Assembly (NCBI GenBank): GCA_963720565.1 | Contig: CAVRFW010000007.1 | Span: 56,404-120,403, forward strand | Origin: Candidatus Bathyarchaeota archaeon | GTDB lineage: Archaea > Thermoproteota > Bathyarchaeia > Bathyarchaeales > Bathycorpusculaceae | DNA: 64,000 bases | Reading direction: 5' to 3' | In this document: one piece after another, positions 20,688 through 31,754 of the stretch | Numbering within the stretch: the first letter of the stretch is position 1 | Layout: each line of letters begins with the position of its first letter | The notes under the pieces: generated by a model | The model's input: the letters and a program-made list of their open reading frames with translations, nothing else | Told to the model about the DNA's origin: nothing | Databases searched by the model: none | Made by a program: the position numbers and the translations under genes

Positions 20688-21227
20688 TTAGTTTCTTTTT
20701 TGTTCATCCAATTCATTTCTCAGGATTTCCTCAAGTTCTTTAGCCTGTTTTTCGTAACTCATGGTGCTTCCGATTCGATTCTTAACTGAAAGACTGGTCA
20801 TTAGCATATCCAAAGATTGATTAATTTCGGCATTGCCCTTCCTAAGATAGACCAAGACAACTCTACCTTTGACTCTTAATGACAATATTGGTTCTATGAT
20901 ACATTTTGAATTAATTTCTCCATTTGCGTTTCTGTAAACTTCAAACGGAATAATTAGAAAGTAGTCTCTCCCCTTAGTTTCTTTTTCGCAAATACTTACG
21001 CGTTCTTCAATGTTTCTCTTGACTTCATCTGAATGGCAGAAGCTACACAGTTCTTGTGGTGAACTCAGACCAATACCAAGAACATCTTTTCTGTTGAGCT
21101 TTCTTGTTAGGACCTGCATTGGTTTAATTGCGTCACTCAGGTTTACTCGAAAGAAAGTCTTGAGCGTTTTTGTCTTTCCTGAATCGTTGCTCCCGATCAG
21201 AAGCACTACTGTCTTCATGCTAATCAA
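20688..21227 (-). CDS. Hypothetical P-loop-containing protein
   Basis: N-terminal GSNDSGKT Walker A-like motif after a hydrophobic strand. Confidence 0.6.
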   Translation of the reverse strand: MISMKTVVLLIGSNDSGKTKTLKTFFRVNLSDAIKPMQVLTRKLNRKDVLGIGLSSPQELCSFCHSDEVKRNIEERVSICEKETKGRDYFLIIPFEVYRNANGEINSKCIIEPILSLRVKGRVVLVYLRKGNAEINQSLDMLMTSLSVKNRIGSTMSYEKQAKELEEILRNELDEQKRN

Positions 21228-21290
21228 ATACCACTTTGCCCATAAAACACATAAAGCTTTTTCAAAAACGCCACTTATTCAAGAGTGCCT

Positions 21291-21425
21291 GAATATTTTG
21301 TTTGAACTAAAATCTAAACGAACTTGGTTGGTTTAGAAAATCGTTACAGCAAGAATTGTTGACTCAAGAAATCTTTACAAAAACCCCTTTTAGCGCGAAA
21401 CAAGCTAGCTATTGTTGGTGCTGTT
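21291..21425 (+). repeat. Adjacent element B and element A copies
   Basis: GAATATTTTGTTTGAACTAAAATCTAAACG followed by GAATTGTTGACTCAAGAAATCTTTACAAAAACCCCTTTTAGCGCGAAACAAGCTAG (about 90% identical to 24142-24235). Confidence 0.8.
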
Positions 21426-22883
21426 ATGAAGAAAACAACATTAGCACTCTCTCTTATCTTGATTACTCTCTTCTCAATAGCCAATTTCGAACTGAAAGAT
21501 TGCGTTCCGCCCATCACACGGGCTGCCACAGTTTCTAGCTCGTATCCAGAAGGGCCACAATTATTATGGAACAAGACAATCTCAGCGTGGAACGAGACAG
21601 CTGGGCAATACACCCGTTCGTTTGCTGGGGAAATCATTCAAGCAAGCGATGGAGGCTACGTTGTCGCCGGGGGATCCAACGGATCATCCAGCGGGGACTG
21701 GTATGATTGGTGGCTCGTCAAGACCGATTCAAACGCAAACGTAGAGTGGGAGAAGACTTTCGGCGGCCCTTACCGAGATTTTGCCCATTCAGTCATTCAG
21801 ACTAGTGACGGTGGCTATGCGGTCGCAGGCACAATGAATGATAAAGCTACAGTAGTGAAGACAGATTCAGCAGGCAACACCCAGTGGAGCCGAACCTACT
21901 CCAATGGCACCAACGTTAGTAACTACGCTTCAATTATCCAGACAAGCGATGGAGGCTACGCCATAGCGTGTGACGACTGGGACCGTCCCACATACTTCAC
22001 GTACTTTGGCCCCCCATCATATCTCCAACTTATCAAGATCGACGCGTCCGGGAATGTAGAGTGGAACAAGACCTATGGAACGGGAACAACGCGTTCAGTA
22101 ATTCAAACCAGCGACGGCGGCTACGCATTATTCGGCGACGACTCAAGAACAGGTTTAGTGCTAATCAAAACTGATTCGCTAGGCAGACAAGAGTGGACAA
22201 GAACATATGGAACCACAGATGACTACAGTCTTTCAGTGGTTCAAACCAGCGGAGGTGCATTCGTTCTTTTTGGTATGCTAACTGTAGACTGGCGCGGACC
22301 AGGCCTAATCAAGACCGATGCAGAAGGCAACGAATTGTGGGCGAAGAATTACCTGCGCGAGCGCGCAATACCTTCCGATATGGTTGGTACACGGGATGGC
22401 GGCTACATTTTCTGCGCGACTGAAGATTGGACAATAGAAGAGGGAGACGTCTTTTTTGAGATCGTCAAGGTTGACTCCGAAGGCAACATTTCATGGGTAA
22501 TCAGCCTTGCAGAGGGCAGTGCAGGCATGTCCGTGGTTCAGACATTCGACGGAGGATATGCACTGCTGGAAACCCGCACCCTCATTGATTATCAATCTTG
22601 GGAAGACTATTACTCTGCTGTTTGGATCATAAAAACAGAAAAGACTTCCTCCGATCCAGCACCCACCTTTGCTCCAACATCAACTCATTCACCAGAACCC
22701 ACAACAACTCCAACATTAACTGCTTCTCCAGAACCAATGTCAACTCCAAGTCCAGAACCAACACAGGAACCTGATCCTTTCCCAACAACATTAGTCAGCG
22801 GATCCGCAATCGCAGTAGTTACTGTTGTCTGCTTGGGTTTGCTGGTTTACTTCAAGAAACTCCGCAGGCTCAAGAGTGCATGA
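21426..22883 (+). CDS. Beta-propeller (QTSDGGY repeat) surface protein with DPFPT anchor
   Basis: Repeated VIQTSDGGY...KTDSxGNxxWxKTY blades; PT-rich linker; conserved tail. Confidence 0.88.
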   Translation: MKKTTLALSLILITLFSIANFELKDCVPPITRAATVSSSYPEGPQLLWNKTISAWNETAGQYTRSFAGEIIQASDGGYVVAGGSNGSSSGDWYDWWLVKTDSNANVEWEKTFGGPYRDFAHSVIQTSDGGYAVAGTMNDKATVVKTDSAGNTQWSRTYSNGTNVSNYASIIQTSDGGYAIACDDWDRPTYFTYFGPPSYLQLIKIDASGNVEWNKTYGTGTTRSVIQTSDGGYALFGDDSRTGLVLIKTDSLGRQEWTRTYGTTDDYSLSVVQTSGGAFVLFGMLTVDWRGPGLIKTDAEGNELWAKNYLRERAIPSDMVGTRDGGYIFCATEDWTIEEGDVFFEIVKVDSEGNISWVISLAEGSAGMSVVQTFDGGYALLETRTLIDYQSWEDYYSAVWIIKTEKTSSDPAPTFAPTSTHSPEPTTTPTLTASPEPMSTPSPEPTQEPDPFPTTLVSGSAIAVVTVVCLGLLVYFKKLRRLKSA

Positions 22884-23022
22884 AGAATTTGATTAAACCG
22901 AAATCGTAATGAATACTTTGCAAAACTAAAATCTAAAAGGACCTCCCAGAGAACTGTTGAACATGGTGTTCTCTAGGGAGAGCTAAATACAGTTTTCGAA
23001 CATTATTGAACATGGTGCTGTT

Positions 23023-24138
23023 GTGAAGAAAAGAGCATTAGCACTAACGCTTATCATTCCAATTCTATTCTCAGCCCTAATGGTTGGAGGTCAGCTATTT
23101 AATCTAGCAACGGCTAAAACCTTTGCCACTGTAAACATCAAAGGCGACGGAAGCGTCGAAGGTTCAGACAAGATTACCCGCAACGGAAACGTCTATACAT
23201 TAACAGGCAACATCATCAATTCCACGATCACTGTCACATGCAACAACGTGGTTCTTGACGGTTCAGGTTTTACTCTTCAGGGACCAACTGGCTGGGTAGA
23301 CGGACTGGGCGCAATTAACCTCACGTGCAGCAATGTAACAGTTCAGAACTTTAACATAATCGGGTTTTTTGAAGCGGGAATTATAGGTGCATACAACGGC
23401 AACAACGTAGTCAACAACAATATCACGAGAACGGACAGAGCCATTGCAGTGTACGCCGACGACTACCGTATTGAAGGCAACTATTTGTCGGATAACGACA
23501 TAGGCATTCGAATAGTAGGAAAAAACAACAATATAACACAAAACCACATCGTTGACAACGCAAAAGGTTTTTTCATAACCAATAGCTCCGGCAACAATAT
23601 TATAGCCAACATAATCGAAAAAAACATGGAAGCTATTTCCACTGGCACCGGTGGCTTCCAAGTCTACCATAACAACTTCATTAACCAAACGATTGGTTCA
23701 GGAGGAAGCTGGGAGGCAATGATTCTGGGAATAGACTTTTACTCTTTGGGTGTGAATGTGACCTTGAAGCCTGATTGGGACAACGGGTACCCCTCAGGGG
23801 GAAACTACTGGAGCGATTACGCTATTGTGTACCCTAATGCAACTGAAATTGCTGATTCAGGAATCGGAGACACAGCGTACTTCATCGGTTTTTCATGCGC
23901 AATCAACAGCACTCATGTAAACACCTACATCGTTGAGGCGGTTGACAGGTATCCCCTAACGACACCCTTCAACATATCTGAACCAGTTATCCCGATTTCA
24001 TCTCCTACTCCAACTCCTTCCCCGGAACCTACACCGAAACCAGAGCCTTTTCCAGCAACGCTACTCTTTATCGGTTCAGTAGGAATTGCCACAGCCGTCA
24101 TAGGTTTGCTAGTTTACTTCAAGAAAAGCAAGCGTTAA
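23023..24138 (+). CDS. NosD beta-helix surface protein with EPFPA anchor
   Basis: GTG start, signal peptide, WDNGYPSGGNYWSDY, conserved tail. Confidence 0.88.
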   Translation: MKKRALALTLIIPILFSALMVGGQLFNLATAKTFATVNIKGDGSVEGSDKITRNGNVYTLTGNIINSTITVTCNNVVLDGSGFTLQGPTGWVDGLGAINLTCSNVTVQNFNIIGFFEAGIIGAYNGNNVVNNNITRTDRAIAVYADDYRIEGNYLSDNDIGIRIVGKNNNITQNHIVDNAKGFFITNSSGNNIIANIIEKNMEAISTGTGGFQVYHNNFINQTIGSGGSWEAMILGIDFYSLGVNVTLKPDWDNGYPSGGNYWSDYAIVYPNATEIADSGIGDTAYFIGFSCAINSTHVNTYIVEAVDRYPLTTPFNISEPVIPISSPTPTPSPEPTPKPEPFPATLLFIGSVGIATAVIGLLVYFKKSKR

Positions 24139-24213
24139 GCAGAATTGTTGAGTCAAGAAACCTTTACAAAAACTCCTTTTAGCGCGAAACAAGCTAGTAT
24201 TGTTGGTGTTGTT
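24139..24213 (+). repeat. Element A copy fused directly to preceding tail
   Basis: CAAGCGTTAAGCAGAATTGTTGAGTCAA is shared with 234-261. Confidence 0.85.
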
Positions 24214-24846
24214 ATGAAGAGAGCAACATTGGCAATAATGCTCATGTCTGCCCTTCTGTTTTCGGTAGTCGGAGCTCAGTTCGTTAGTTTGGCAGAGGCA
24301 AATCCATATAGCTTCTTTTGGGAATTTGTTGATCCGATTCCGGGAACAATTCCACCCAAAATAACAATCACAAGCCCAAAAAACTACACTACATACACAA
24401 GCGGTGACCTCAACTTCACCATGCATGTAGCGAAGCCAGAAACTCCAACTCCAACGGAGTCATACATAATCTATGTACATTACTATTTAGATGGGATTTA
24501 TCATCGTGTTTTCAATAATTATTTTGAACCCGTCCCTGAAGTGGATAACTCCACAGTTTTACATGACCTTAGTGATGGAAATCACACTTTGGTGGTTCAA
24601 GTAGAAGGAGGTGTTGAGCCTGGACCTTATGAAGTGTTCTTCATAGAAAGTAACTCAACAGTTTTCTTCACCGTAAACAAAACATCCAACCCTTCTTCAG
24701 CACCAAGTCCAACATCAACACAAGAATATGGACTGAAATTGTCTTTGCACCAGCAAACAGCAGTACTCTCTGGAACAATAGCTGTTGCCTGCATAGGTTT
24801 GCTTGCTAATTACTTCAAGAAACGCAGGAGGAGCCGGGGCTCATGA
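24214..24846 (+). CDS. Secreted Ig-like surface protein with TM-FKKR tail
   Basis: Signal peptide ending AEANP; ITITSPKNYT and LSDGNHTLVV motifs. Confidence 0.8.
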   Translation: MKRATLAIMLMSALLFSVVGAQFVSLAEANPYSFFWEFVDPIPGTIPPKITITSPKNYTTYTSGDLNFTMHVAKPETPTPTESYIIYVHYYLDGIYHRVFNNYFEPVPEVDNSTVLHDLSDGNHTLVVQVEGGVEPGPYEVFFIESNSTVFFTVNKTSNPSSAPSPTSTQEYGLKLSLHQQTAVLSGTIAVACIGLLANYFKKRRRSRGS

Positions 24847-25538
24847 AGAAAACAAAATTGGCACTTACAATCGTGTCTGGATTAGTTGTTTCATTAGTTG
24901 CTGGAACGCAGTTTGTTAGTCTGGCAGGGGCAAATCCTTTGTGGTTGTTTGATTTTACAGCTCCTCCGTATATTAGATTAGATTCACCTGTGAACAAGAC
25001 CTATTCTGGAAATGTCCTGCTGAGTTTCACTGTGATTGCAACAAGGGATTGGGTGAAAGGTATTGATGACTTTCCAGAAATTTATCAGATGCTTAACTCT
25101 GTGGATTATTATATAGATGGAAGTTTCCGGGGGTCAATTGTGGCTGACAGTAATTTGTCTCATCCTTTTCGCTTCTCTGCTTATTTGACTGACCTGCATG
25201 ATGGGAGCCACTGCTTGATGGTTGAAACAAACTCAACAGGAGTGAAGGGAGGCTATGCTATGGGAAACAGAGTCTATAGAGTACCAGCAAATAGCTCATC
25301 TGTGACTGTGTACTTCAGTATAGTTGGGGGTGCGTCCCCTTCTCCAACACCTGTATCCGCCCCAACACTTACGACCTCAGCCACTCCAGAACCTACAGCT
25401 ACTCGAGGAATTAAGTCACAACCAGATTCTATCTCAGCAACGCTGGTCATGGCATCTGTAAGTGTAATAGCTGTTTTTGCCTGTGTAGCTTTGTTTTCAA
25501 AAACCCCTTTTAGAGCGAAGCAAAATAGAATCGAGTAA
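24843..25538 (+). CDS. Secreted Ig-like surface protein; tail fused to part of element A
   Basis: Signal peptide AGANP; C-terminus ...ALFSKTPFRAKQ encoded by CAAAAACCCCTTTTAG. Confidence 0.8.
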   Translation: MKKTKLALTIVSGLVVSLVAGTQFVSLAGANPLWLFDFTAPPYIRLDSPVNKTYSGNVLLSFTVIATRDWVKGIDDFPEIYQMLNSVDYYIDGSFRGSIVADSNLSHPFRFSAYLTDLHDGSHCLMVETNSTGVKGGYAMGNRVYRVPANSSSVTVYFSIVGGASPSPTPVSAPTLTTSATPEPTATRGIKSQPDSISATLVMASVSVIAVFACVALFSKTPFRAKQNRIE

Positions 25539-25690
25539 ATAAGCATGAAGAAAACATCACCAGAAGTACTGCTCGGCACGCACTTGCAGAGTTACGGTAT
25601 GAATTCTAAATCGACAATTCCTAATAGTCCGTCTCAACCAGAAACTGAATTGCACGAAGAAAAACTCTGCATATTAGGAAAAGATGAATT

Positions 25691-27439
25691 ATGAAAAAGA
25701 AGAGCCTCGCAATCCTGCTCTTGTCCTTTCTTATCTGCTTTATTGCATTGGGGAGTTTGACTCGTTTTGGTTTGGCTCAAACTGGGCTTGTAGTTTTTAT
25801 AACCTCAGACACAACCTGGACCAAAACGAATAGCCCGATCGCTCTCACTGGTCCCACTGTTGTTAGTTCCGGAGTAACTTTGACGATTGAGGGCGGCGTA
25901 ACTGTAAATCTCAATGACTATCCGTTACTCATTAACGGAACGTTAAAAGCAGTCGGCAGTGTTTCAGAGAATATCCACGTAACAGGTCTCAATGTTACCT
26001 TTGGCGAAAGCGCAAGCTCCTCTTCTGTTTTCCGCAACGTCATAATCGATGCTCCGATTCTAAGCAGCAAACCCCTAGTTCTGAACAATAATACAATCAA
26101 CCAACGCGTTACGATAGGAGATTCTTCAACAATATCCAACAACGTCATCTTTGAAGCGGTTAAGGCTGGAGCTTCATCGACTTTTTCAGACAACACCATC
26201 ACGGGAGAAGTCTGGGTTGGAGACTACTGCGTCTTCCGTGGCAACGAGATCCACGGAGACATCGAGGCGGGAAGATATGCCGTTGTCTCGAACAATTACG
26301 TCGATGGGAGTCACGTTGTTATCGCGCCATTCGGAGGACACAGTTACACTATCGCTCTTACCGTTGGCGCATTTTCCGAAGTCACGAATAATGCAATCTC
26401 AGGCGGCGTCACCGCAACTTCATCCAACATAACGGGCAACACAATCGAAGGTGGAGCCCGCTTCACGGATTGGGCTGGAAGACCAGAAGACGCTACGTCA
26501 GCGCTCACTGTTAAGGGGGAATCCTATGTAACCTCTAACGTCATCTACAGCATAACAGGAGGCTACGGATTGATGATTGACGGTGGATCTTCGCTCGTTT
26601 CAGGAAATCTGGTGAAAAACATGATCAGAGTGGCGGGTAACGCGGTCATAGACGGCAATTACATCACGTCAGGGGGGATACAGGTGGGCCACATCTACAT
26701 TTCAGCTTTCAACGACATCGATTACGGCTACGGCGACTCAATAATTAAGAATAATGTTATCAACGGCAGCAACTTCGGAGTCGGCAGCACATATCCAGAC
26801 GGAATGGCAACCATTCAAGACAATCTGATTCAAAACTGCGAATACGGCATAAGCCTCATGTCCCAAGCGACAATTCAGAACAACACGATATTCAACAGTT
26901 CAACTGCAATCGGACTCGTTAGCGGTGGTGCCATAGACACGTCACAACCGATTAACTACAACAATATCATCACGTATAGCGAAAACAGCGTGCTCTTGGC
27001 AAACTTTCCTTTAGACGTAGATGCTACATACAACTGGTGGGGAGAAACTGACACCCAAGCTATAAACCTGACTATTCACGACTTCAAATACGATTTGAAC
27101 CTTGGAAAAGTGAATTTCCTCCCCATTCTAAATGCCCAAAATCCCCAAGCTCCATCAACAGCATACACGATCCAAACCCCGAATACGCCCGCACTACCCA
27201 CACCACAGCCCACACCCACTCCAACGGCAACTCCAACCCCCACTCCCACATCCCAAACGCCTACTCCGTCGCCATCTCCGTCCCCTTCAACTCCAACTCC
27301 CTCTCCTTCTCCACAACCTACTTTCCAGCCGGAGCTTTTCCAAATAATATTGGTTATTGTTGCCTCAGCGATAGTTGCTGTTGCTGTAATAGGCTTGCTG
27401 TTTTACTTCAAGAAACGCCGCAATCTCAAGAGTGCATAG
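25691..27439 (+). CDS. Right-handed beta-helix surface protein with Pro/Thr/Ser linker and TM-FKKRR tail
   Basis: DTTWT...VTLTIE.GV.V motif, DATYNWWG, (PT/PS)n linker. Confidence 0.85.
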   Translation: MKKKSLAILLLSFLICFIALGSLTRFGLAQTGLVVFITSDTTWTKTNSPIALTGPTVVSSGVTLTIEGGVTVNLNDYPLLINGTLKAVGSVSENIHVTGLNVTFGESASSSSVFRNVIIDAPILSSKPLVLNNNTINQRVTIGDSSTISNNVIFEAVKAGASSTFSDNTITGEVWVGDYCVFRGNEIHGDIEAGRYAVVSNNYVDGSHVVIAPFGGHSYTIALTVGAFSEVTNNAISGGVTATSSNITGNTIEGGARFTDWAGRPEDATSALTVKGESYVTSNVIYSITGGYGLMIDGGSSLVSGNLVKNMIRVAGNAVIDGNYITSGGIQVGHIYISAFNDIDYGYGDSIIKNNVINGSNFGVGSTYPDGMATIQDNLIQNCEYGISLMSQATIQNNTIFNSSTAIGLVSGGAIDTSQPINYNNIITYSENSVLLANFPLDVDATYNWWGETDTQAINLTIHDFKYDLNLGKVNFLPILNAQNPQAPSTAYTIQTPNTPALPTPQPTPTPTATPTPTPTSQTPTPSPSPSPSTPTPSPSPQPTFQPELFQIILVIVASAIVAVAVIGLLFYFKKRRNLKSA

Positions 27440-27556
27440 AGTTATTATTTAGACTAAAGTCTGTAGGATCTCCTTGTTGGCGTGCTTTTAGCGTTAGTCA
27501 AGAAACTTAGATGAGTTAATATATGGAATATCTGTTTGAGTTGGTTCTGATTTGGA

Positions 27557-28486
27557 TTGAGCCATCATTGGGGTTATTTGGGGGCTTTAGGATCAGCCAT
27601 TCTGTTTGGGTTAAGTTCCACTCTCAACAAGATAGCTCTGAATGAAGTTAATCCCATATTGATAGCGGGAACAATCTACTTTGTTGGTGGTCTTCTCCTT
27701 TTGGCAATCCATTTTTCACCTCTTCATGGAGAGCTTCTTGCTCTATTTGAAACAAAAACGGTGACTGAACACAAAATTGCCAAGAAAGACTACAGAAATC
27801 TGGTATTGATTATTCTGTGTGGGTCAGTAATGGCTCCAGTGATGCTTCTACAGGGACTACAAATTACCACAGCCGTAAATGCCTCGCTCCTACTCAGCAC
27901 TGAATCCTTTTTCACAGCATTGATTGCCTTCACCGTTCTTGGAGAGAGAGGTACAAAGAGAGACTACTTCAGCATTATTCTGCTTCTACTAGGAGTATTA
28001 GTTGTGACAACTAATGGGCATTTCCAGGGATTGAGTCTAACAAGTCAAATTACAGGAAATCTGTTGGTTGTTGGAGCATGTCTGTTTTGGGGATTAGACA
28101 ATACCTTTAGCAAATTTCTCAGCAAGAAAACAGAAATCATATACATTACAGGATTGAAATGTGTGATAGGCGGGTCAATTCTTCTATTATTACCCTTACT
28201 TCTCAATATTGAATATAATATTCCGTTGGTTGCTTTGCCATACATTTTCACTGTAGGATCCTTGAGTATTGCACTTTCAATTCTGTTGTTTCTCTTTGCG
28301 TTAAGAGAAATTGGTTCAATGAGGACTGGTTCAGTTTATTCTGTTTCTTCACTTTTTGGAGCATTCTTTGCATTTCTAATACTCGGCGAACCATTCTCTG
28401 TTGTTCAAATAATTGCAGGATTGATAATGTTGCTTGCGGTGTATTTGTTATGCAGAAAATGTGTTGCACCTACAGCTTCTCCTTAG
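27557..28486 (+). CDS. EamA/DMT family transporter
   Basis: About 10 TMs, two EamA repeats with LGE motifs. Confidence 0.9.
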   Translation: MSHHWGYLGALGSAILFGLSSTLNKIALNEVNPILIAGTIYFVGGLLLLAIHFSPLHGELLALFETKTVTEHKIAKKDYRNLVLIILCGSVMAPVMLLQGLQITTAVNASLLLSTESFFTALIAFTVLGERGTKRDYFSIILLLLGVLVVTTNGHFQGLSLTSQITGNLLVVGACLFWGLDNTFSKFLSKKTEIIYITGLKCVIGGSILLLLPLLLNIEYNIPLVALPYIFTVGSLSIALSILLFLFALREIGSMRTGSVYSVSSLFGAFFAFLILGEPFSVVQIIAGLIMLLAVYLLCRKCVAPTASP

Positions 28487-28724
28487 ATTGAGCAAAAACC
28501 ACGTGCATTCATATGTTAAAAAGTCAGGTTAAGATAGCAAGCCCGCCCCGGCAACATCTGAATCTGCTGGGACTTCTACTAATAATTGGAATAAACTTGT
28601 ATTATCTCTTAAAGTATGAATGTTCCTGAAGTATGCCCATACGCTTTGACACCTTTCCGCAGCAGCATTTCGATTGTGATGCTCCGGTCACGCTTGGAGC
28701 ACTCACTGTCTTCAGTTGCAAGGC

Positions 28725-28800
28725 TTAGTCAAGGAATCTTGACTGGCATAAGGGCGCGTCCAGTCAAGAAACCTTTACAAAAACCCCTTTTAGCGTGCAA
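28725..28800 (+). repeat. Element A copy with perfect palindromes
   Basis: AGTCAAG-GAAT-CTTGACT; CTTGACTGG-N13-CCAGTCAAG with GGCGCGT in the spacer. Confidence 0.88.
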
Positions 28801-28824
28801 ACACCACATAAAACAGGAACGAGC

Positions 28825-30222
28825 ATGAGTAGAACTGCAGCAGTACTGATAGTTCTGGTTTTCCTTGCGTCAATTCTCGCCATACCAGTTAACCCCGTTT
28901 CTGCAGCATCTCCGGACTCATGGACAGCAAAAACGCCGATGCGGGAAGCAAGAGGCGGCTTAGGCGTTGCCGTAGTAAATGGCAAAATCTACGCAATAGG
29001 AGGCTCCACAGCAAGCGGACCATATCGCCCAGATGCTTTCGCCGGTGACTTTGTTGGAACAAACGAGGAATACGACCCAACAACAGACACGTGGACCACC
29101 AAAGCTTCAATGCCAACTCCAAGAGACTACTTCGCCATAGCCGCTTACAAAAACAAAATATACTGCATAGGTGGAGCTGTGGGTTTTAGCGTGGATGAAG
29201 TATCTGGATTTCACTCATACGTTACTTCTGGAGTGACAGAGGTGTATGATACAATCACGAACACTTGGGTTGCCAAGAAATCCATGCCCGATGACGGAAT
29301 GCAGATTCAAGCCCATGTGGTAGACGGAAAAATCTTCGTTATGGATTGGTCTTTGGTGTATGTTTATGATCCTGAAAAGGATTCGTGGTCTGAGAAGACA
29401 CGGATGCCTCCGCCTTATCCTTGGTCTTCGCCGGTCTCCGCTGTCGTAGGCAAGAAAATTGTTGTCACTGGTGAGTTTAGAGTCGGATGGAATTACACTT
29501 CAGCCCAGAAAGTCATGGTTTACGACACGGAAACAGACGGCTGGAGCGAAGGCGAGACTGGTCCAGTCCTTGTTGTTAATGATGCGGCTGTGGCTACAGC
29601 TGGTGTTAACGCTCTTCAAAGGATTTACGTTTTAGGCTTAAACGCTGGACAGTATCCTGCGCCTTCTACTAATCAGGTTTATGATCCAGAGGCTAACGCT
29701 TGGACAGCAGCCACTGCGATGCCTACGTTTCGTGTTGATTTTGGTGTTGCAGAGGTTAATGATGTCTTGTACGCAATCGGAGGGTACTCTTACACATCAG
29801 GCATACACGGTACTGTGACACCAACCGCGGTGAACGAGCAGTACTTCCCCCTCGGTTATGGGGTTCCGCCTGAAATCAATGTTGTTTCGCCAGTGAATCA
29901 GAAATACAATGGGTCCAGTGTTTCCCTGATTTTCACCGTGGGCAAGCAGGTTAGTTGGGTGGGTTATAGTCTCGATTGGGTGGAAAACGTGACGGTTGCT
30001 GGAAATGCCACTCTTGCTGGATTGTCGAATGGTTTGCACAGCGTGGTGGTTTATGCCAATGACACCTTCGGAAACATGGGAGCATCAGAAATTGTGTCTT
30101 TCACGGTAGCTGTTCCAGAGCCTTTCCCAACAACCCTTGTCATCGTCTCCGCAATCGCAGTAGTCTTGGTTGGTTTGGGGTTGCTGATTTACTTCAAGAA
30201 AGCAAGAAAAAACTTCGCTTAG
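28825..30222 (+). CDS. Kelch-propeller + Ig surface protein with EPFPT anchor
   Basis: Kelch repeats, Ig-like C-terminal domain, conserved tail. Confidence 0.9.
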   Translation: MSRTAAVLIVLVFLASILAIPVNPVSAASPDSWTAKTPMREARGGLGVAVVNGKIYAIGGSTASGPYRPDAFAGDFVGTNEEYDPTTDTWTTKASMPTPRDYFAIAAYKNKIYCIGGAVGFSVDEVSGFHSYVTSGVTEVYDTITNTWVAKKSMPDDGMQIQAHVVDGKIFVMDWSLVYVYDPEKDSWSEKTRMPPPYPWSSPVSAVVGKKIVVTGEFRVGWNYTSAQKVMVYDTETDGWSEGETGPVLVVNDAAVATAGVNALQRIYVLGLNAGQYPAPSTNQVYDPEANAWTAATAMPTFRVDFGVAEVNDVLYAIGGYSYTSGIHGTVTPTAVNEQYFPLGYGVPPEINVVSPVNQKYNGSSVSLIFTVGKQVSWVGYSLDWVENVTVAGNATLAGLSNGLHSVVVYANDTFGNMGASEIVSFTVAVPEPFPTTLVIVSAIAVVLVGLGLLIYFKKARKNFA

Positions 30223-30443
30223 ACCACTTTAGAGCTACGCAAATACTCAAACCTGCGTTTTAACGAATTATAGGATTCTTTCCAAAACAGCTGGAGTTTT
30301 ATCTGCAGTAGTATCCCAACTTTTCTGATTAGCTTTCTATCTCGCGGGTACCCGCTTTACCAGCGCTGGCGAAACACATGGGTAGTGGAGACGTCTCCCG
30401 CCACACCCTTTTTCCGATACAAAACGCGCGCTTCTTGTTTTCT

Positions 30444-31754
30444 CTATAGGTTTCCAGTATCACTGGGTTGTTTTCGTCTTCTAACAATTACCGCGATAAT
30501 CAGCAACGCTGCTATTGTGATGACGAGGGCAGACAGTACTATTGCAGTTGGGAAATTCCAAGGTTGAATGTTTTCAGGGAGCCCGCCGAGTATGTAGCCA
30601 ACGTAGACAGGGTCATGTTGAATCTGCATGCCATCCCACACTGGAAAACAGATCCTGTAAATCAGCGAGGACGATTGGTAATCCATGTTGAAGTCTTGCC
30701 ATGAACCTCCGAATAGTGCTTCAAGTTGTAGTTGGTCTCTGAAGAACTCCATCCCATTAACGGGGTTTACCCGGATTAATGGCGGGACATCGGAGAATGC
30801 AGCGGCTTCTGCTTTCGTCTCGTAGGTTTCAACGTGTGTTTGATGAGTCTGGTTGGCTTCGCCACGGTTGAGCGTGTAGTTTCCGCCGAAGACGAAGTCA
30901 TAGGCTTTGGCGCCGTCGACTTCCACCTGAGCCAGTTCAGCATCAATTGCTGAGTCTTCTGCAGTTGCCGAATTGAATTCCTCACCGTCCACGTAGGTCG
31001 TGTACGGCTTCGAGGTGTACGTGGCTGTCGCGTACAGCAGGGCCAAGCTTAAACCTTCCAGCGAGAGCTGCGAAGAATCATGAATCAACAGGCTAGTTAT
31101 TGGTCCGATGTCGAAGCTGGTCTTTAGGTTTGAGACGTTTCCGTTAACGGTGAAATCGTAGCTCAGGGTTATGTGGCCAAAGACTAATGAAGCTACGACG
31201 CCGACGCGATGGCTTGCGTTTTGAAGGTATCCGTGGGTGTTCTCATACGTGAAGCTCCAACGGTAATGCGGATCCGAGCCTTCCATGGCCTTCTGGATCG
31301 GGGTCATGCTGTAGCTGTCGCTCATGTTAACGTACATGTAATATACTATTTCGCTTTCGCCCGAAGTTTGCGGGACTCCATCACCGTTAAAGTCCCGGTA
31401 GACTTCCAGTTCGGAGAGGGCGCTTGCGATGAAGACTTGAGTGCCGTCTGCCATGAAGAAGTGTTGCCCCAAAAGATTAGCCACGGGAACGGGATAGCCA
31501 TAGTCTGGAGTAGTGTAAATCGCAAAGTTGATCACCTGAGTGCCGGAAACGCTGACCCAATCGTACCATATGAGCAGAGGCGAATTTTCAGGAACAACAG
31601 TGCCATTCGTGTATTCGACACCACTAACAGGTATTGTAGTGGACGCTTCCGCCAAACCAATGATTGGGGATTCCGGAACCACAGCAAAACACGAAGTCAC
31701 CAACAGCACCGCAGCAACCACTAAGACAGAAAACCTCAAATTTCGCTTAGCCAT
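30444..31754 (-). CDS. Hypothetical secreted protein with C-terminal TM anchor (NFPT-TM-RRRK)
   Basis: Signal peptide, C-terminal HDP motif, TM and basic stop-transfer. Confidence 0.75.
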   Translation of the reverse strand: MAKRNLRFSVLVVAAVLLVTSCFAVVPESPIIGLAEASTTIPVSGVEYTNGTVVPENSPLLIWYDWVSVSGTQVINFAIYTTPDYGYPVPVANLLGQHFFMADGTQVFIASALSELEVYRDFNGDGVPQTSGESEIVYYMYVNMSDSYSMTPIQKAMEGSDPHYRWSFTYENTHGYLQNASHRVGVVASLVFGHITLSYDFTVNGNVSNLKTSFDIGPITSLLIHDSSQLSLEGLSLALLYATATYTSKPYTTYVDGEEFNSATAEDSAIDAELAQVEVDGAKAYDFVFGGNYTLNRGEANQTHQTHVETYETKAEAAAFSDVPPLIRVNPVNGMEFFRDQLQLEALFGGSWQDFNMDYQSSSLIYRICFPVWDGMQIQHDPVYVGYILGGLPENIQPWNFPTAIVLSALVITIAALLIIAVIVRRRKQPSDTGNL

